Source: an uncultured Clostridia bacterium
GTDB taxonomy: Bacteria; Aerophobota; Aerophobia; Aerophobales; AE-B3A
Direction of reading: 5' to 3'
Length of the DNA stretch: 64,000 nucleotides
NCBI GenBank assembly: GCA_964543295.1
Contig: CAZIXA010000011.1
Location: forward strand, 999 to 64,998
The notes under the pieces were generated by a model. It was not told where the DNA came from. It worked only from the letters and a program-made list of their open reading frames with translations, and searched no databases. The first letter of the stretch is position 1; each line of letters begins with the position of its first letter. Below, in pieces: positions 19,871-30,076 of the stretch. The translations under genes and the position numbers were made by a program.

Positions 19871-20842
19871 CTATTTAAAGATACCTCTAAGTACCTCGGC
19901 TGTCTTAGCAGCATCCCTTTCCTGAACTATGGTGGCTAATCTGTCCACACCCAGCTTGTCAACCAGTCCCATTAAAGTGCGCATGTTCTCTATAGATTGC
20001 TGGCAAGCACTTACCACATCCTCCCGATAGGGATAAACATCGAGAGAAAACCAGCCTTCGTACTTGATTTTCTTTAGCCAGAAGAACAGTTCCAGATAGT
20101 CCCAAAAGTTCACCGAACCCACAATCATGTCATGATCCCATTCCCGGTAATTATCATTGAGGTGAAGGTGAAAAAGCTTTCCCCACCTATCCAGCAAAAT
20201 CAAAGATTCTGATGGATTTTCACCACAGAAAAGAGCATGGCCGATATCAAGCGTTACTCCCACATTTTTTAGATTTACAGCATTAGCCAGCAGCACTGCT
20301 TTGCCCACTGTACTAATGAATATATGAGTTCGGGGTTCTTTTATTTTATACTCTACGGCTACTTTAACCTCTGGTTGATACTCTGCACAAGTTTTTATCC
20401 CTTCGATCAACCAATCCCAACTAACCTTATAGTCTGTTTGAAATAGATAGTCATAGCCATCTTGCCCCAGCCATAGGTTGACTTGAGGACACTCTAGCTG
20501 TCTCGATACATCCATTGCTCTTTTGGTAAGCTGAATAGCATCTTCCCTTATCTTTCTGTCCGAGGAGGTGAAAGAGCCATGCATCCATTTGGGGTCGCAG
20601 AAATGATCCGCGATCACTGAGGCAACTTTTAAGTTATGCCTCTTAAGAAGACCCTTAAATTTATCGATTTCCTTGTCTCTAAAATCAACTGGATACATTA
20701 CCTCCAGGCCCTGAATCTGTTTTATCTTGGAGGCCTCTTCCATCTTCTCCTCCAGGGTTCTAGATCCATGGTAGGTCGTGAATCGGTCTGAAAGTTTCCC
20801 AAACAACCATAAGCCAACAGCAACTTTTTCTTTATCCATCAT
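19871..20842 (-). CDS. sugar phosphate isomerase/epimerase (xylose isomerase-like TIM barrel)
   Basis: 323 aa with metal-ligand-type motifs (LDIGHA..., LFHLHLNDN) typical of the AP-endonuclease-2/XylA-like TIM-barrel fold. Confidence 0.8.
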   Translation of the reverse strand: MMDKEKVAVGLWLFGKLSDRFTTYHGSRTLEEKMEEASKIKQIQGLEVMYPVDFRDKEIDKFKGLLKRHNLKVASVIADHFCDPKWMHGSFTSSDRKIREDAIQLTKRAMDVSRQLECPQVNLWLGQDGYDYLFQTDYKVSWDWLIEGIKTCAEYQPEVKVAVEYKIKEPRTHIFISTVGKAVLLANAVNLKNVGVTLDIGHALFCGENPSESLILLDRWGKLFHLHLNDNYREWDHDMIVGSVNFWDYLELFFWLKKIKYEGWFSLDVYPYREDVVSACQQSIENMRTLMGLVDKLGVDRLATIVQERDAAKTAEVLRGIFK

Positions 20843-20973
20843 CTTCCTCCTTTTTTAACAAGAAATATCTCGGGACCCTTCCCCTCGATACCCGTTTAAA
20901 TCTTCTCAATACTAATAAACCAATCTTCCTTTGTCTCAGCCAGTAAGTCTCTCATCATCACCAATCAATCGTC

Positions 20974-21711
20974 TCACGGTACCAGCGCCACAGCTCGTAC
21001 CCATCCCGCACTAGCTCCCTCGATCTTTATTGGAAAAACGGCGACCTTGAATCCATAAGGTTTCGGAATTTTGTCTAGATTCGCCAACTGCTCAATTTGA
21101 CAATATTCCTTTTCTCTCCCTGCAAAGTGGGCCTGGAACAGATCTTTCAGATCTTCTTCCGGGGCAAGTTTTCTATCAAGACCGTATCCATCCATACCGA
21201 TTATCTTTACACCCTGTTCAATAATCCACTTAATAGCTTCTCTGCTTACTCCAGGATGTACACTCCCGTAATCTGGCTTGTTGAAATGTTTATCAGCATC
21301 GGTCCTGATAAGAACGATATCTTTTGCTTTAATCTCATAGTCTATTTCAGAAAGAGCATTCTTAAGATCAGAGACGGTAATTAGCTGGCCGGCTTTCTTT
21401 CGGGTAAGATCAAGGACAACTCCATCTGCATAACACCAATCCAGCGGTATCTCATCGATTGTTTTGGCAGATCTGCCGTCAGTAGTAGGGCCGAAATGCC
21501 AGGGAGCCACCAGATGTGTACCAGTGTGGGTAGTTAGCTTTACCTCTTCCCAGGCAAAACCTATTTTTCCGGGAAACTCATCAACTCCCCTGCCCATGAG
21601 TTTACCCACATACTTAGCACCTGAGCGATGTTTCAAATAAAAGATCCTTGGAGGCCAGGGATCAAAAGAATAATTCTCTAGAGGAACACTAAGATCTATT
21701 ATCTTCATCAT
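20974..21711 (-). CDS. cyclase-family protein (kynurenine formamidase-like fold)
   Basis: 245 aa. HTGTHLVAPWH resembles the family motif HxGTHxDxPxH, but Val replaces the Asp. Confidence 0.7.
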   Translation of the reverse strand: MMKIIDLSVPLENYSFDPWPPRIFYLKHRSGAKYVGKLMGRGVDEFPGKIGFAWEEVKLTTHTGTHLVAPWHFGPTTDGRSAKTIDEIPLDWCYADGVVLDLTRKKAGQLITVSDLKNALSEIDYEIKAKDIVLIRTDADKHFNKPDYGSVHPGVSREAIKWIIEQGVKIIGMDGYGLDRKLAPEEDLKDLFQAHFAGREKEYCQIEQLANLDKIPKPYGFKVAVFPIKIEGASAGWVRAVALVP

Positions 21712-21753
21712 GGTTCAACCTTACCTTACTCATCCAAGGAGATTTTCCTCCAT

Positions 21754-22755
21754 CTATTTAGCGTATTTTACTCCTCTGGAAAGAGATAAGGCTGCTACTG
21801 CCAGTATTATGCCTTTGAAAACATACTGGTAAAATCCTGAAACACGAAGTAGATTTAACAAATTCCCCAATATGGTTATAACTAGAGCCCCCATAAAGGC
21901 CCCTCCCACAGATCCTACACCCCCGGTAAAGCTTATACCGCCAAGAACAGCCGAACCTATAGCATCAAGTTCATACCCTTGTCCCACATTAGGATATGCT
22001 GAATCCATTCGTGCGGTCAGCATTATCCCTCCTACTGCGGCACAGAATCCGGAGAAGGCAAAGGCAAATAGTTTGACTCTATCCACATTTACTCCTAGAT
22101 ACCTGGTAGCTTCTTCATGTCCACCAATAGCATGAATGTGTTGACCGGTTCGGGTCCAGGACAGTATCAGTTGACCGATTACGAACATGCCAATCATAAT
22201 GAGCGTAAGCACAGAGATGGGACCCAAATATCGGGCAATCATTCTGAATTCAGGAGGAAACATGGATATGGGAACTCCCTTTGTATATATTAGGGCTAGA
22301 CCCCGCGCTATAGCCATCATAGCCAGAGTAGCGATGAAAGAAGGGATTTTAACCCTGGTCACCAGAAGACCACTGGTTAGACCGCAAAGAGTTCCCACAC
22401 CCAGTCCGACGAGTACAGCCAGGTAAACAGGCAAATTCATCCATTTCATGCATCCAGCTATTAAAACGCTCACCAAGGCTAACACAGATCCCAGGGAAAG
22501 ATCAATTCCTCCCGTTAAGATAACGTAGGCTTCGCCCATGGCTAATATGGCAATAATGGAAACCTGAGTGAAAATATTTTTGATATTGGTCCCGGTAAAG
22601 AAGTAAGGAGAAATCAAAGAGGAGATCAAGATAATCCCCAGCAATGCCACTAATGAAGGAGCTTCTCGAAATTGACTAAATTTTCTCAAACCACCAGTTA
22701 CACGGGTACAGCAGTTTTTGAAGCCTCTGACTATTTCTAGTTTGTCTTGTTTCAA
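21754..22755 (-). CDS. sugar ABC transporter permease (CUT2, RbsC-like)
   Basis: 333 aa, about 10 TM segments, Gly-rich RbsC-like C-terminal half. The start overlaps the ATPase stop by 4 nt. Confidence 0.85.
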   Translation of the reverse strand: MKQDKLEIVRGFKNCCTRVTGGLRKFSQFREAPSLVALLGIILISSLISPYFFTGTNIKNIFTQVSIIAILAMGEAYVILTGGIDLSLGSVLALVSVLIAGCMKWMNLPVYLAVLVGLGVGTLCGLTSGLLVTRVKIPSFIATLAMMAIARGLALIYTKGVPISMFPPEFRMIARYLGPISVLTLIMIGMFVIGQLILSWTRTGQHIHAIGGHEEATRYLGVNVDRVKLFAFAFSGFCAAVGGIMLTARMDSAYPNVGQGYELDAIGSAVLGGISFTGGVGSVGGAFMGALVITILGNLLNLLRVSGFYQYVFKGIILAVAALSLSRGVKYAK

Positions 22756-23495
22756 TCCATCCCTACCATCAAATCTATAATTTCTTCGGGGGTAGTATCT
22801 TTAGTAATTCTCTCTCCCACCCATCTTCCAGTCCTTAAGATAATAATTCGATCGGTCACGGCAAAAATATTGGGGAGCCGATGACTGATAAGTATTATAG
22901 AAATACCCCTTTCTTCAAGTTCTCTTACCAGCTCCAGTACCTTCTTTATCCCCTTGACTGACAAAGCAGCCGTAGGCTCATCCATAATAACTACTCTAGG
23001 AGTGAAGAAAATAGCTCTTCCTACAGCTACTGCCTGCTGCTGTCCCCCGGAAAGACCTCCACTGCTTAGTTTGGTCGAACGAATATCCACATCGAGTCGC
23101 CCTATTGCCTGACGAGATTGTTCTATCATTTTTCTCTTGTCCAGTATTTTAATTCCCAGAAAGCTTTTGACCGGTTCTCTTCCCAGGAAAATGTTGCCGG
23201 CAATACTGAGATTGGGTACAATGGCAAGATCCTGATAGATCATCTCGATTCCCAGCCTTCTCGAATCTGCTGGAGAGGCAAATTCTACCCTTTTACCTTC
23301 CATAAAGATTTTTCCCTCGTCAGGAATGTATACACCACTCAGGATCTTCACCAGAGTCGACTTTCCGGCAGCATTGTCACCCACCAGGCCCAGAACTTCC
23401 CCATGATTTAGTTCTAGATCCACTCCTTGCAGTGCTTTGATGGCACCAAAGCTTTTGGATATACCTCTCATTTCTACCAAAGGAATTTCTGCCAC
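22752..23495 (-). CDS. sugar ABC transporter ATP-binding protein (single NBD)
   Basis: 247 aa with Walker A GDNAAGKST, signature LSGGQQQA and Walker B VIMDEPTA. Confidence 0.9.
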   Translation of the reverse strand: MAEIPLVEMRGISKSFGAIKALQGVDLELNHGEVLGLVGDNAAGKSTLVKILSGVYIPDEGKIFMEGKRVEFASPADSRRLGIEMIYQDLAIVPNLSIAGNIFLGREPVKSFLGIKILDKRKMIEQSRQAIGRLDVDIRSTKLSSGGLSGGQQQAVAVGRAIFFTPRVVIMDEPTAALSVKGIKKVLELVRELEERGISIILISHRLPNIFAVTDRIIILRTGRWVGERITKDTTPEEIIDLMVGMD

Positions 23496-23601
23496 CCTGA
23501 CCTCCTTACCCTCCTATCAACTTATAAACGCTATGTTTAACAGTGTAAGGGGAAGGTAAGAAATTACCTTCCCCCATTGTTGACTAACTGAACTCCGGGC
23601 T

Positions 23602-24636
23602 CTACTTGGATGGAAGCGCTGATGGAGTCCTGGTTAAACTATCCACTAACTGTTTGAAAGGTAAAATCATGACCGTAGGTGTTTTTATAAAGATTCCCCC
23701 AGTTGGTTCATACACAGGAGTACCTGGCGGTGGGGTCCATCCTTCTCTTACGTATCTTGCCATAGCCTCCACTCCCCAGTAGCCCATAACATACGGTGAT
23801 TGGGCAACGGTGACGTACATTTCACCCCTCTCAACCGCAGCCACAGCAGGATCAATGGCATCAAATCCCACTATGATTACTCCGTCGGGAAATCCAATCT
23901 TTACACCCGCTCCTTTCAATGCTTCCAGTGCTCCCAATGCCATATCATCATTTCCCGTAATGACTGCATCTATATCGCTGGTAGTGGCCAGGATATCTTC
24001 CATAACCTTCATTCCAGTGGGCTTATTAAACTGTGCTGTCAAATCAGCAACTATTTCTACAGTATTATTTTTTACTAGCGGATCCAGTACATTATGGACA
24101 CCCTCTGACCTCTCCATGGCAGAAGAAGCTCCGGGAGTTCCCCAAAGATGTACAACTCTCCAGGGTTTTGACTTTCCTGAGGCCTCAAGGGCTTTCAACA
24201 GGGTCTTCGCTCCTTCTTCGGCTGCTTTTACATTGCTGGTGCCGATATAGCATACCCGATCTCCTCCCACAACGTCCCTATCCAGACTGAACACCGGTAT
24301 TCCTGCTGCATTTGCCTTTTTGACAGCCGGTACCAATGCCTCTGCAGAAACCGGGTTAAGCAATATGGCATCGTATTTGGCAGCGATAGCATCTTCAACC
24401 TGGGAGGTCTGTAATCCTGGTTTATTTTCCCCATTGTAAGGCGTAACCTCCACATTGAATTCCTTGCCCGCTTGCTTGGCTCCATCTATCATGGCTCCAA
24501 AGAAGGGGAAGGCCATATCGCAGATGAGAAGCGCTGCTTTGAGCGGCTTTTCTGCCCGGGCTACCGGAGCTGACATACCGAAAGCAAGCATCAAACCAAC
24601 AATCACCACTAAACTGACTAGAGTTCTAGCCTTCAT
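23602..24636 (-). CDS. sugar ABC transporter substrate-binding protein (RbsB-like periplasmic binding fold)
   Basis: 344 aa. Signal peptide followed by a type-I periplasmic-binding-protein pattern (AALLICDMAFPFF...NDDMALGALEALK). Confidence 0.85.
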   Translation of the reverse strand: MKARTLVSLVVIVGLMLAFGMSAPVARAEKPLKAALLICDMAFPFFGAMIDGAKQAGKEFNVEVTPYNGENKPGLQTSQVEDAIAAKYDAILLNPVSAEALVPAVKKANAAGIPVFSLDRDVVGGDRVCYIGTSNVKAAEEGAKTLLKALEASGKSKPWRVVHLWGTPGASSAMERSEGVHNVLDPLVKNNTVEIVADLTAQFNKPTGMKVMEDILATTSDIDAVITGNDDMALGALEALKGAGVKIGFPDGVIIVGFDAIDPAVAAVERGEMYVTVAQSPYVMGYWGVEAMARYVREGWTPPPGTPVYEPTGGIFIKTPTVMILPFKQLVDSLTRTPSALPSK

Positions 24637-24768
24637 ACTCTTCCTCCTTTATATGTCTTAATCTCAAGATCTTCCCCAAGGAAGATCTCTTCCATTTATG
24701 TCCAAAGAGGGCCTATCTCAGTTGTAGATCACCACCTCCTTCCTTTAAGATTTTGACCCCCTTTTCTT

Positions 24769-25806
24769 CTAAGGGACTATGGCTATCTTAATTCCAGCCT
24801 GATGAAGATGCATCTCGAGGGCCTTTACTGTCTCACTAAGGGGGACCTCGTCGGTCACCAGTAAATCCTCCGGCATCATGCGACGAGTAATCAAATCATA
24901 GGCTATCTTTACATGACGTGGTGTAGTATGAAAAACACCTTTTAAAGTGAGCTGGGAGTAATGCAGAAGTTCTGTACCTACCGTGATAGTGGTACCGGCT
25001 TTGCAGCCCCCAAAAAGAAGAACCTTCCCTGCTTTTCTTGCCATGAGTATGGTCATCTCCCAGACTTTAGGGAATCCAGTTGCCTCTATGGCTACATCCA
25101 CTCCCCTTTTGTCTTCTGTGAGCTCTTGTACTGAGGCTACTTGATCTTTTGCGGGGGAGACATTTATCGTCTCGTCAGCTCCTATCTTTCGGGCGACAGC
25201 AAGCCTTTGCTCCGATAGATCACAGCTAATCACTCTTGCCCCTTTGAGTTTGGCCAATCTTACAAACATAAGACCAATGGGCCCGGCACCATTTATAACC
25301 ACCGAATCACCTAATTGAATGCCAATCTCATCAGTGCCATAAACTACACAAGACAAAGGTTCTAAAAGCGCGGCTGCCTTATAGGAAATTTCATCGGGGA
25401 TCTCAAATAGGTTCTGCTCAACAATAGCTGAGGGAACCTTAATATATTCGGCATAGGCACCTAACAATAAATTATCCATCAGATACTCACACATGCTGTG
25501 ATAACCTTTCTTGCAATAATAACATCTCCCGCAGGGTGCAGTATTATGCCCCACTACCCTCATCCCTTCCTTGAATCCAGAGACATTTTCTCCCATTTCA
25601 ACCACATCCCCGGCCCACTCGTGGCCGAAAAGGCAGGGAGGCTTAAATAAAGAATAGCCCCTGCGATAACTTTTAACATCTGTTCCACAGGTCAAGGCTG
25701 TCTTGACCTTCACCAGAATTTCCTTATCCCCTACACGAGGTATTTCAACTTCCTCAATCCGAACATCTCCCGCAGCATAAAACATAGCCGCTTTCATTTT
25801 TTCCAT
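24769..25806 (-). CDS. MDR zinc-dependent alcohol/polyol dehydrogenase
   Basis: CGTDVKSY, GHEWAGDVVEMG, CGRCYYCKKGYHSMC and NGAGPIGL. Confidence 0.9.
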   Translation of the reverse strand: MEKMKAAMFYAAGDVRIEEVEIPRVGDKEILVKVKTALTCGTDVKSYRRGYSLFKPPCLFGHEWAGDVVEMGENVSGFKEGMRVVGHNTAPCGRCYYCKKGYHSMCEYLMDNLLLGAYAEYIKVPSAIVEQNLFEIPDEISYKAAALLEPLSCVVYGTDEIGIQLGDSVVINGAGPIGLMFVRLAKLKGARVISCDLSEQRLAVARKIGADETINVSPAKDQVASVQELTEDKRGVDVAIEATGFPKVWEMTILMARKAGKVLLFGGCKAGTTITVGTELLHYSQLTLKGVFHTTPRHVKIAYDLITRRMMPEDLLVTDEVPLSETVKALEMHLHQAGIKIAIVP

Positions 25807-25823
25807 TCTCTAAAAACTCCTTC

Positions 25824-27365
25824 CTAAGCCGCACCTATCACTTTCAACCTCATATCCCAAGCATCCCAGACCCTCTGGTAAAGGTTCTGGTAAAGCTGGT
25901 AAATGAGTTGATATTTTTGGTGATTTTCTGGATGAGGATAGTATTCCTTTTCAAACTTCACTACTCTTTTTACTGCATCCTCCATATGAGGATAAATTCC
26001 TACTGCAACTCCGCCACCGATGGCAGCACCAAGTGCTCCTAGTTCAGTGGTTCGAAGAGTCTTAATAGTCTTTCCAGTGACATCGGCAAAAATCTGACAC
26101 CAGAGGCCACTTTTTGCTCCTCCACCAGTGAGTGCTACCTCGGAAATCTTAACTGGTATGTGTTTGAAACAATCAAGCATAGAAAGAGCCACTCCCTCGT
26201 AAACAGATCGAAGCAGATGCCAGCGACTATGTCTCAAACTGATGCCGAAAAATTGTGCTCTGGCAGATGGCTTGACAAAAGGAGCCCGTTCACCACCGGG
26301 ATTTATATAGGGATGATAGAGAACCCCCTCTGAACCCAGGGGAACCTCTTTTACTTTTTCCTCCAAGACCTCGTAAAGATTCTCCTCCCCTTTTTTAGCC
26401 ACCTCAACCTCGGACGAACAAAATTCCTTGATAAACCAGTCAAGATTAGGCGTTCCGGCCATGCTGGGCATGGAGCGTACGAATTTGTCGGGCAAAGCGT
26501 GAACCAGAGTCATCCCCACACCAACAGGCTCCAAAATGAGCTGTTCAGTAATCACTGCATTAAAGCAGGTAGTACCAACAATAGAGAAGGCCTGTCCGTC
26601 ATAGATGGCCCCCAGTCCTACCGGAGTAGCTACCACATCAATCATCCCGCAGATGATGGGCGTCCCTTCCTTCAGACCAGTGGCCTCGGATGCCTCAGAG
26701 GTTATCTCACCCGCGATCTCGACGGAAGGAATAATTCTCGGAAACAAATCTTGATAAGCTGACAAACCAAAAAACTTGAATAGCTCATCAGAATAAACCC
26801 TATCCTTGATGTTGATGGGAGCCCTTGAAGCGTCAGATGGATCAGTGCTTACCTTGCCTGAAAGCTTTAACTTAATCCAGTCTTTGGCGAAGAGGAAATG
26901 TTTGGCTTTCTTCAGTGAATGGGATTCGTTCTTTTCCAGCCATTTAATAATAGCTGCTGGGGTTCCTGAGAAAGTAGCGGACCCGCTAATTCGAAATCCG
27001 GCTAGATCAGTACCTTCTTTTTCCCAACGAGTGACCACCTCACCGGCACGTCCATCTAGCCAGAGAATAGCCTTTCTTACCGGCTTCAAATACTTATCCA
27101 CCAATCGACAACCATCACCCTGACCACTGATTCCCACCACGGCAATATTGATAGCCGCCAGATCACTCTTTTTGAGCGATTCTTGGATTGTCTCCTTCAC
27201 TGCCTGCCATACTTCATTCATATCCTGTTCAGCCCAACCAGGCTTTGCCGTTTCAATGGATAGCTTTTTACTGGAAAAAGATACCTCTTCCCCTTCCCGG
27301 TCAAAAATGACCGTCTTCACCACGGAAGTCCCGGCATCTATTCCTAGAAGAAATTTCTCCGACAC
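25824..27365 (-). CDS. FGGY-family carbohydrate kinase
   Basis: 513 aa with LLGIDAGTSVVKTVIFD and GGGAKSGLWCQIFADVTG. Confidence 0.9.
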   Translation of the reverse strand: MSEKFLLGIDAGTSVVKTVIFDREGEEVSFSSKKLSIETAKPGWAEQDMNEVWQAVKETIQESLKKSDLAAINIAVVGISGQGDGCRLVDKYLKPVRKAILWLDGRAGEVVTRWEKEGTDLAGFRISGSATFSGTPAAIIKWLEKNESHSLKKAKHFLFAKDWIKLKLSGKVSTDPSDASRAPINIKDRVYSDELFKFFGLSAYQDLFPRIIPSVEIAGEITSEASEATGLKEGTPIICGMIDVVATPVGLGAIYDGQAFSIVGTTCFNAVITEQLILEPVGVGMTLVHALPDKFVRSMPSMAGTPNLDWFIKEFCSSEVEVAKKGEENLYEVLEEKVKEVPLGSEGVLYHPYINPGGERAPFVKPSARAQFFGISLRHSRWHLLRSVYEGVALSMLDCFKHIPVKISEVALTGGGAKSGLWCQIFADVTGKTIKTLRTTELGALGAAIGGGVAVGIYPHMEDAVKRVVKFEKEYYPHPENHQKYQLIYQLYQNLYQRVWDAWDMRLKVIGAA

Positions 27366-27366
27366 T

Positions 27367-28431
27367 TTACGAGGACTCCGGCGTCATGGTTACCTTAATA
27401 GCATTATCAGTTCTTCTCTCAGCCGTTTCTATAGCCTCTCTCCATTCCTCTAGCGGAAAGTTATGAGTCACTATCCTCTCAGTCTTAACCAATCCCTCAC
27501 TGAGGTAGCGGATAGCCAAAGGATAGGTGTAGGCACCCAGATGTCCACCTATAATCTCCAGTTCCTTTATATCGCTGATTATACTAAAATCTATGCAGGT
27601 TTTTTCAGCGAATACACCGAATTCCATTAATCTGCCCCGACGACGAAGCATCTGGACCGCGGCCTCGACGGCTGCCGAGCTTCCACTAGCCTCCAGAACT
27701 ACATCACAGCCCAGACCATTGGTTAGATCTCTCACCTGCTCGACAAGATTATTAGCTGGATTAATAGTCACATCTGCACCCAATTCTTTGGCTATTTTTA
27801 ATCGGGAATCCACCGGATCCGACACAATTAATAGCTTGGGATTTTTAAGTTTTGCCACCTGAAGCATAAAGAGCCCAATAGCTCCGGCTCCGGTTATTAC
27901 TGCGACATCCCCTAGCTGAAGATTTGCTCTCTCCACCCCATGGATAGCACAGGCCAAAGGTTCTATGGCAATAGCTACCCCATAGGGGAGATTAGCAGGG
28001 ACTTTCCAGATCAGGCTCCGATCGGGGTATTTCAAATACTCGGCCCAACCTCCATTTGGCCCGGAAACTCCGAAAACTTCATGCACATCACACATATGAT
28101 ACAGCCCCCGCCTACAGAAATAGCACTCCTCGCAGGGAACTATTTGCTCAGCTATAGTCTTGTCCCCTATCTGCAAATCGTATTTTTCTTTTGCTCCCGG
28201 TCCTAGCTCAACGACCTCACCAATAAACTCATGCCCAGCCACAATGGGAGCGTGATCATAGACTACCTGACTAAAATAGGCCTTCCCATGAAAGATCTTA
28301 GGATCAGCGGCACATATCCCGCATCTTCCTACCTTTATCACCACCTCATTTTCTCCAGCTTTAGGCTGCTCAACCTCCTCATATCTAAAATCCTCTTTTC
28401 CATAGATGACTACTGCTTTAATCTTCCTCAC
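27367..28431 (-). CDS. MDR zinc-dependent polyol dehydrogenase (sorbitol-dehydrogenase-like), paralog of 32414-33463
   Basis: CGICAADPKIF, GHEFIGEVVELG, CEECYFCRRGLYHMC and GAGAIGL. The start is uncertain: the GTG at 28431 overlaps the GGGAGG box, and alignment with the paralog puts the initiator at an ATT codon (28422-28420). Confidence 0.88.
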   Translation of the reverse strand: MRKIKAVVIYGKEDFRYEEVEQPKAGENEVVIKVGRCGICAADPKIFHGKAYFSQVVYDHAPIVAGHEFIGEVVELGPGAKEKYDLQIGDKTIAEQIVPCEECYFCRRGLYHMCDVHEVFGVSGPNGGWAEYLKYPDRSLIWKVPANLPYGVAIAIEPLACAIHGVERANLQLGDVAVITGAGAIGLFMLQVAKLKNPKLLIVSDPVDSRLKIAKELGADVTINPANNLVEQVRDLTNGLGCDVVLEASGSSAAVEAAVQMLRRRGRLMEFGVFAEKTCIDFSIISDIKELEIIGGHLGAYTYPLAIRYLSEGLVKTERIVTHNFPLEEWREAIETAERRTDNAIKVTMTPESS

Positions 28432-28540
28432 CTCCCGCAGTTTTTAGTCCGGATTAACCCCCAGAGTTTCTCGATTAAATGACCTCATCTTTTATCATAG
28501 AACTGATAGGCATTTATTCAATAATATGTATCTTGCTCAT

Positions 28541-28569
28541 ATCTTATTAACAGAAAAAGAATTTGTCAA
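28541..28569 (-). promoter_or_regulatory. sigma70-like promoter for the ADH-kinase-ADH-ABC operon
   Basis: The reverse strand has TTGACA (28569-28564), a 17-nt spacer, then TAAGAT (28546-28541). This lies about 110 nt upstream of the first gene. Confidence 0.4.
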
Positions 28570-28934
28570 CTTACTACTACAAAAATGAACTGCAATCCTA
28601 ATTAACAGCGTAAGAAGGTATTTACTGGGTCAATGAGTATAATAATCAGCTCTTGCTAACAACTCCTGGCTCAAGATGTACTAAATATTTATTCATCCTC
28701 ACAATTATTGTGCTCGGGGAGGTGAAAAATCTTCGTTAATGCTTCCGATGTCAAACTAAATTCGAAGAACCTAGCATTTTACTTACTGAAAGGGCTAGGA
28801 GTGAAAAAAATTAGTGAAAACTGTATAATTTAAGGAAGGAGACTCCCTGCAGGTTGATAGTGCTAAAGAGATAGGCATTTTGAAAGAGGGAAAATAAAAA
28901 AACCAAACCACAAACCCAGCATTATGAAGCTGTG

Positions 28935-29594
28935 TTAGTCAAGACAATTTTTTATAATTGATTTTAATATATAGTAGCTAGATGCTGCTCCGGGATCGAG
29001 GTGACCTTTGGTTCTTTCTCCCAAGCGGCTGGATCGTCCCCGCCTGGAAACTATATCCTTAGTAGACTCCATGCCTTCCCGAGCAGCTTTTTCAGCGCGT
29101 ATTAGCGCCTTCTCCAAAGATTCCTTTTCATCTATTGATTTTTGCAAGGACTCGCTTACCGAATGAACAGTATCCAGCATGGTTTTTTCTCCCACCTGTG
29201 CCCTACCTCTCTTTTTAATACCTTCTTCAGCCGCTTTAACCGACCTTGACCAATCCTCCAGCCTGATCTCCCGCCTTCCCTCGATTGCCTTTCCCGCTTC
29301 GATGAAGGCCGTTCCAAATAAAGGGCCGGTAGCAGCACCACCAGAAAAGGCTATGGTTCTTCCTACTTCTTTCAGTAGATTTCCTACATTAGAATCCTTT
29401 TTTTCCAACTTAATTTTATCCAATCCTTTTTCAAAGGCCTCGAAAACAGTTCTTCCATGATCTCCGTCTCCGATCTCTGCGTCAAGCCTATTTAAATACT
29501 CTTTTTTCTCCCTGAGGACATCAATAATTCCTTCCAACATCTTTTTCACTTTACTGTATGGGACCTCTTTTTTGGACATGGTAGTTTCCTTCAA
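28935..29594 (-). CDS. dhaL: dihydroxyacetone/ketose kinase, ADP-binding subunit DhaL
   Basis: 219 aa with LDAEIGDGDHG (DhaL nucleotide/Mg motif). The TTG start overlaps the rpiB stop; an alternative ATG lies at 29579. Confidence 0.88.
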   Translation of the reverse strand: MKETTMSKKEVPYSKVKKMLEGIIDVLREKKEYLNRLDAEIGDGDHGRTVFEAFEKGLDKIKLEKKDSNVGNLLKEVGRTIAFSGGAATGPLFGTAFIEAGKAIEGRREIRLEDWSRSVKAAEEGIKKRGRAQVGEKTMLDTVHSVSESLQKSIDEKESLEKALIRAEKAAREGMESTKDIVSRRGRSSRLGERTKGHLDPGAASSYYILKSIIKNCLD

Positions 29595-30040
29595 GAGAAG
29601 TTCTCTTTCTCGATCTCCATTATCTTTCTTACCTTGGGGGCTGATCTTCCTCCTTCAAACTCCGAGTTAAGCCATACCTCAACCAACTTTTTCGCCAGCT
29701 CAGGCCCGATTATTTGAGCTCCCATAGTCATTATTTGAGCATCATTACTCTTTCTTGACCTCTCTGCAGAATATAAATCATGACAGACGGTTGCTCTTAT
29801 TCCTCTCACCTTATTGGCTGCGATATCCATACCCAAGCCGGTTCCACAAATCAAAATCCCTCGTGAGAACTTACCCTGAGCCACAGCTTTTGCTACTTTC
29901 TTAGCTATATCCGGATAATCAACCGGGTCGGAAGTCTTAGTTCCCAAGTCCTCATATTCGACATTCTTTTCCTTCAAAAACTCTATGATGATGTTTTTGA
30001 GCTCAAGACCGTTATGATCGGCACCAATGGCTACCCTCAT
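29591..30040 (-). CDS. rpiB: RpiB/LacAB-family sugar-phosphate isomerase
   Basis: 149 aa with MRVAIGADHNGLELKN and ILICGTGLGMDIAANKVRGIRA, typical of RpiB. Confidence 0.9.
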   Translation of the reverse strand: MRVAIGADHNGLELKNIIIEFLKEKNVEYEDLGTKTSDPVDYPDIAKKVAKAVAQGKFSRGILICGTGLGMDIAANKVRGIRATVCHDLYSAERSRKSNDAQIMTMGAQIIGPELAKKLVEVWLNSEFEGGRSAPKVRKIMEIEKENFS

Positions 30041-30076
30041 TTTTTTCCTCTTTTCTTTTAAAGATTAGTGATTTTT

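Noticed and set aside
28891-28935. A possible intrinsic terminator after dhaL (stem ACACAGC/GCTGGGT plus a downstream T-run on the minus strand).
   Set aside because: The stem overlaps the stop codon and has a mismatch. The T-run is separated from it by about 9 nt, so this is not a convincing terminator geometry.
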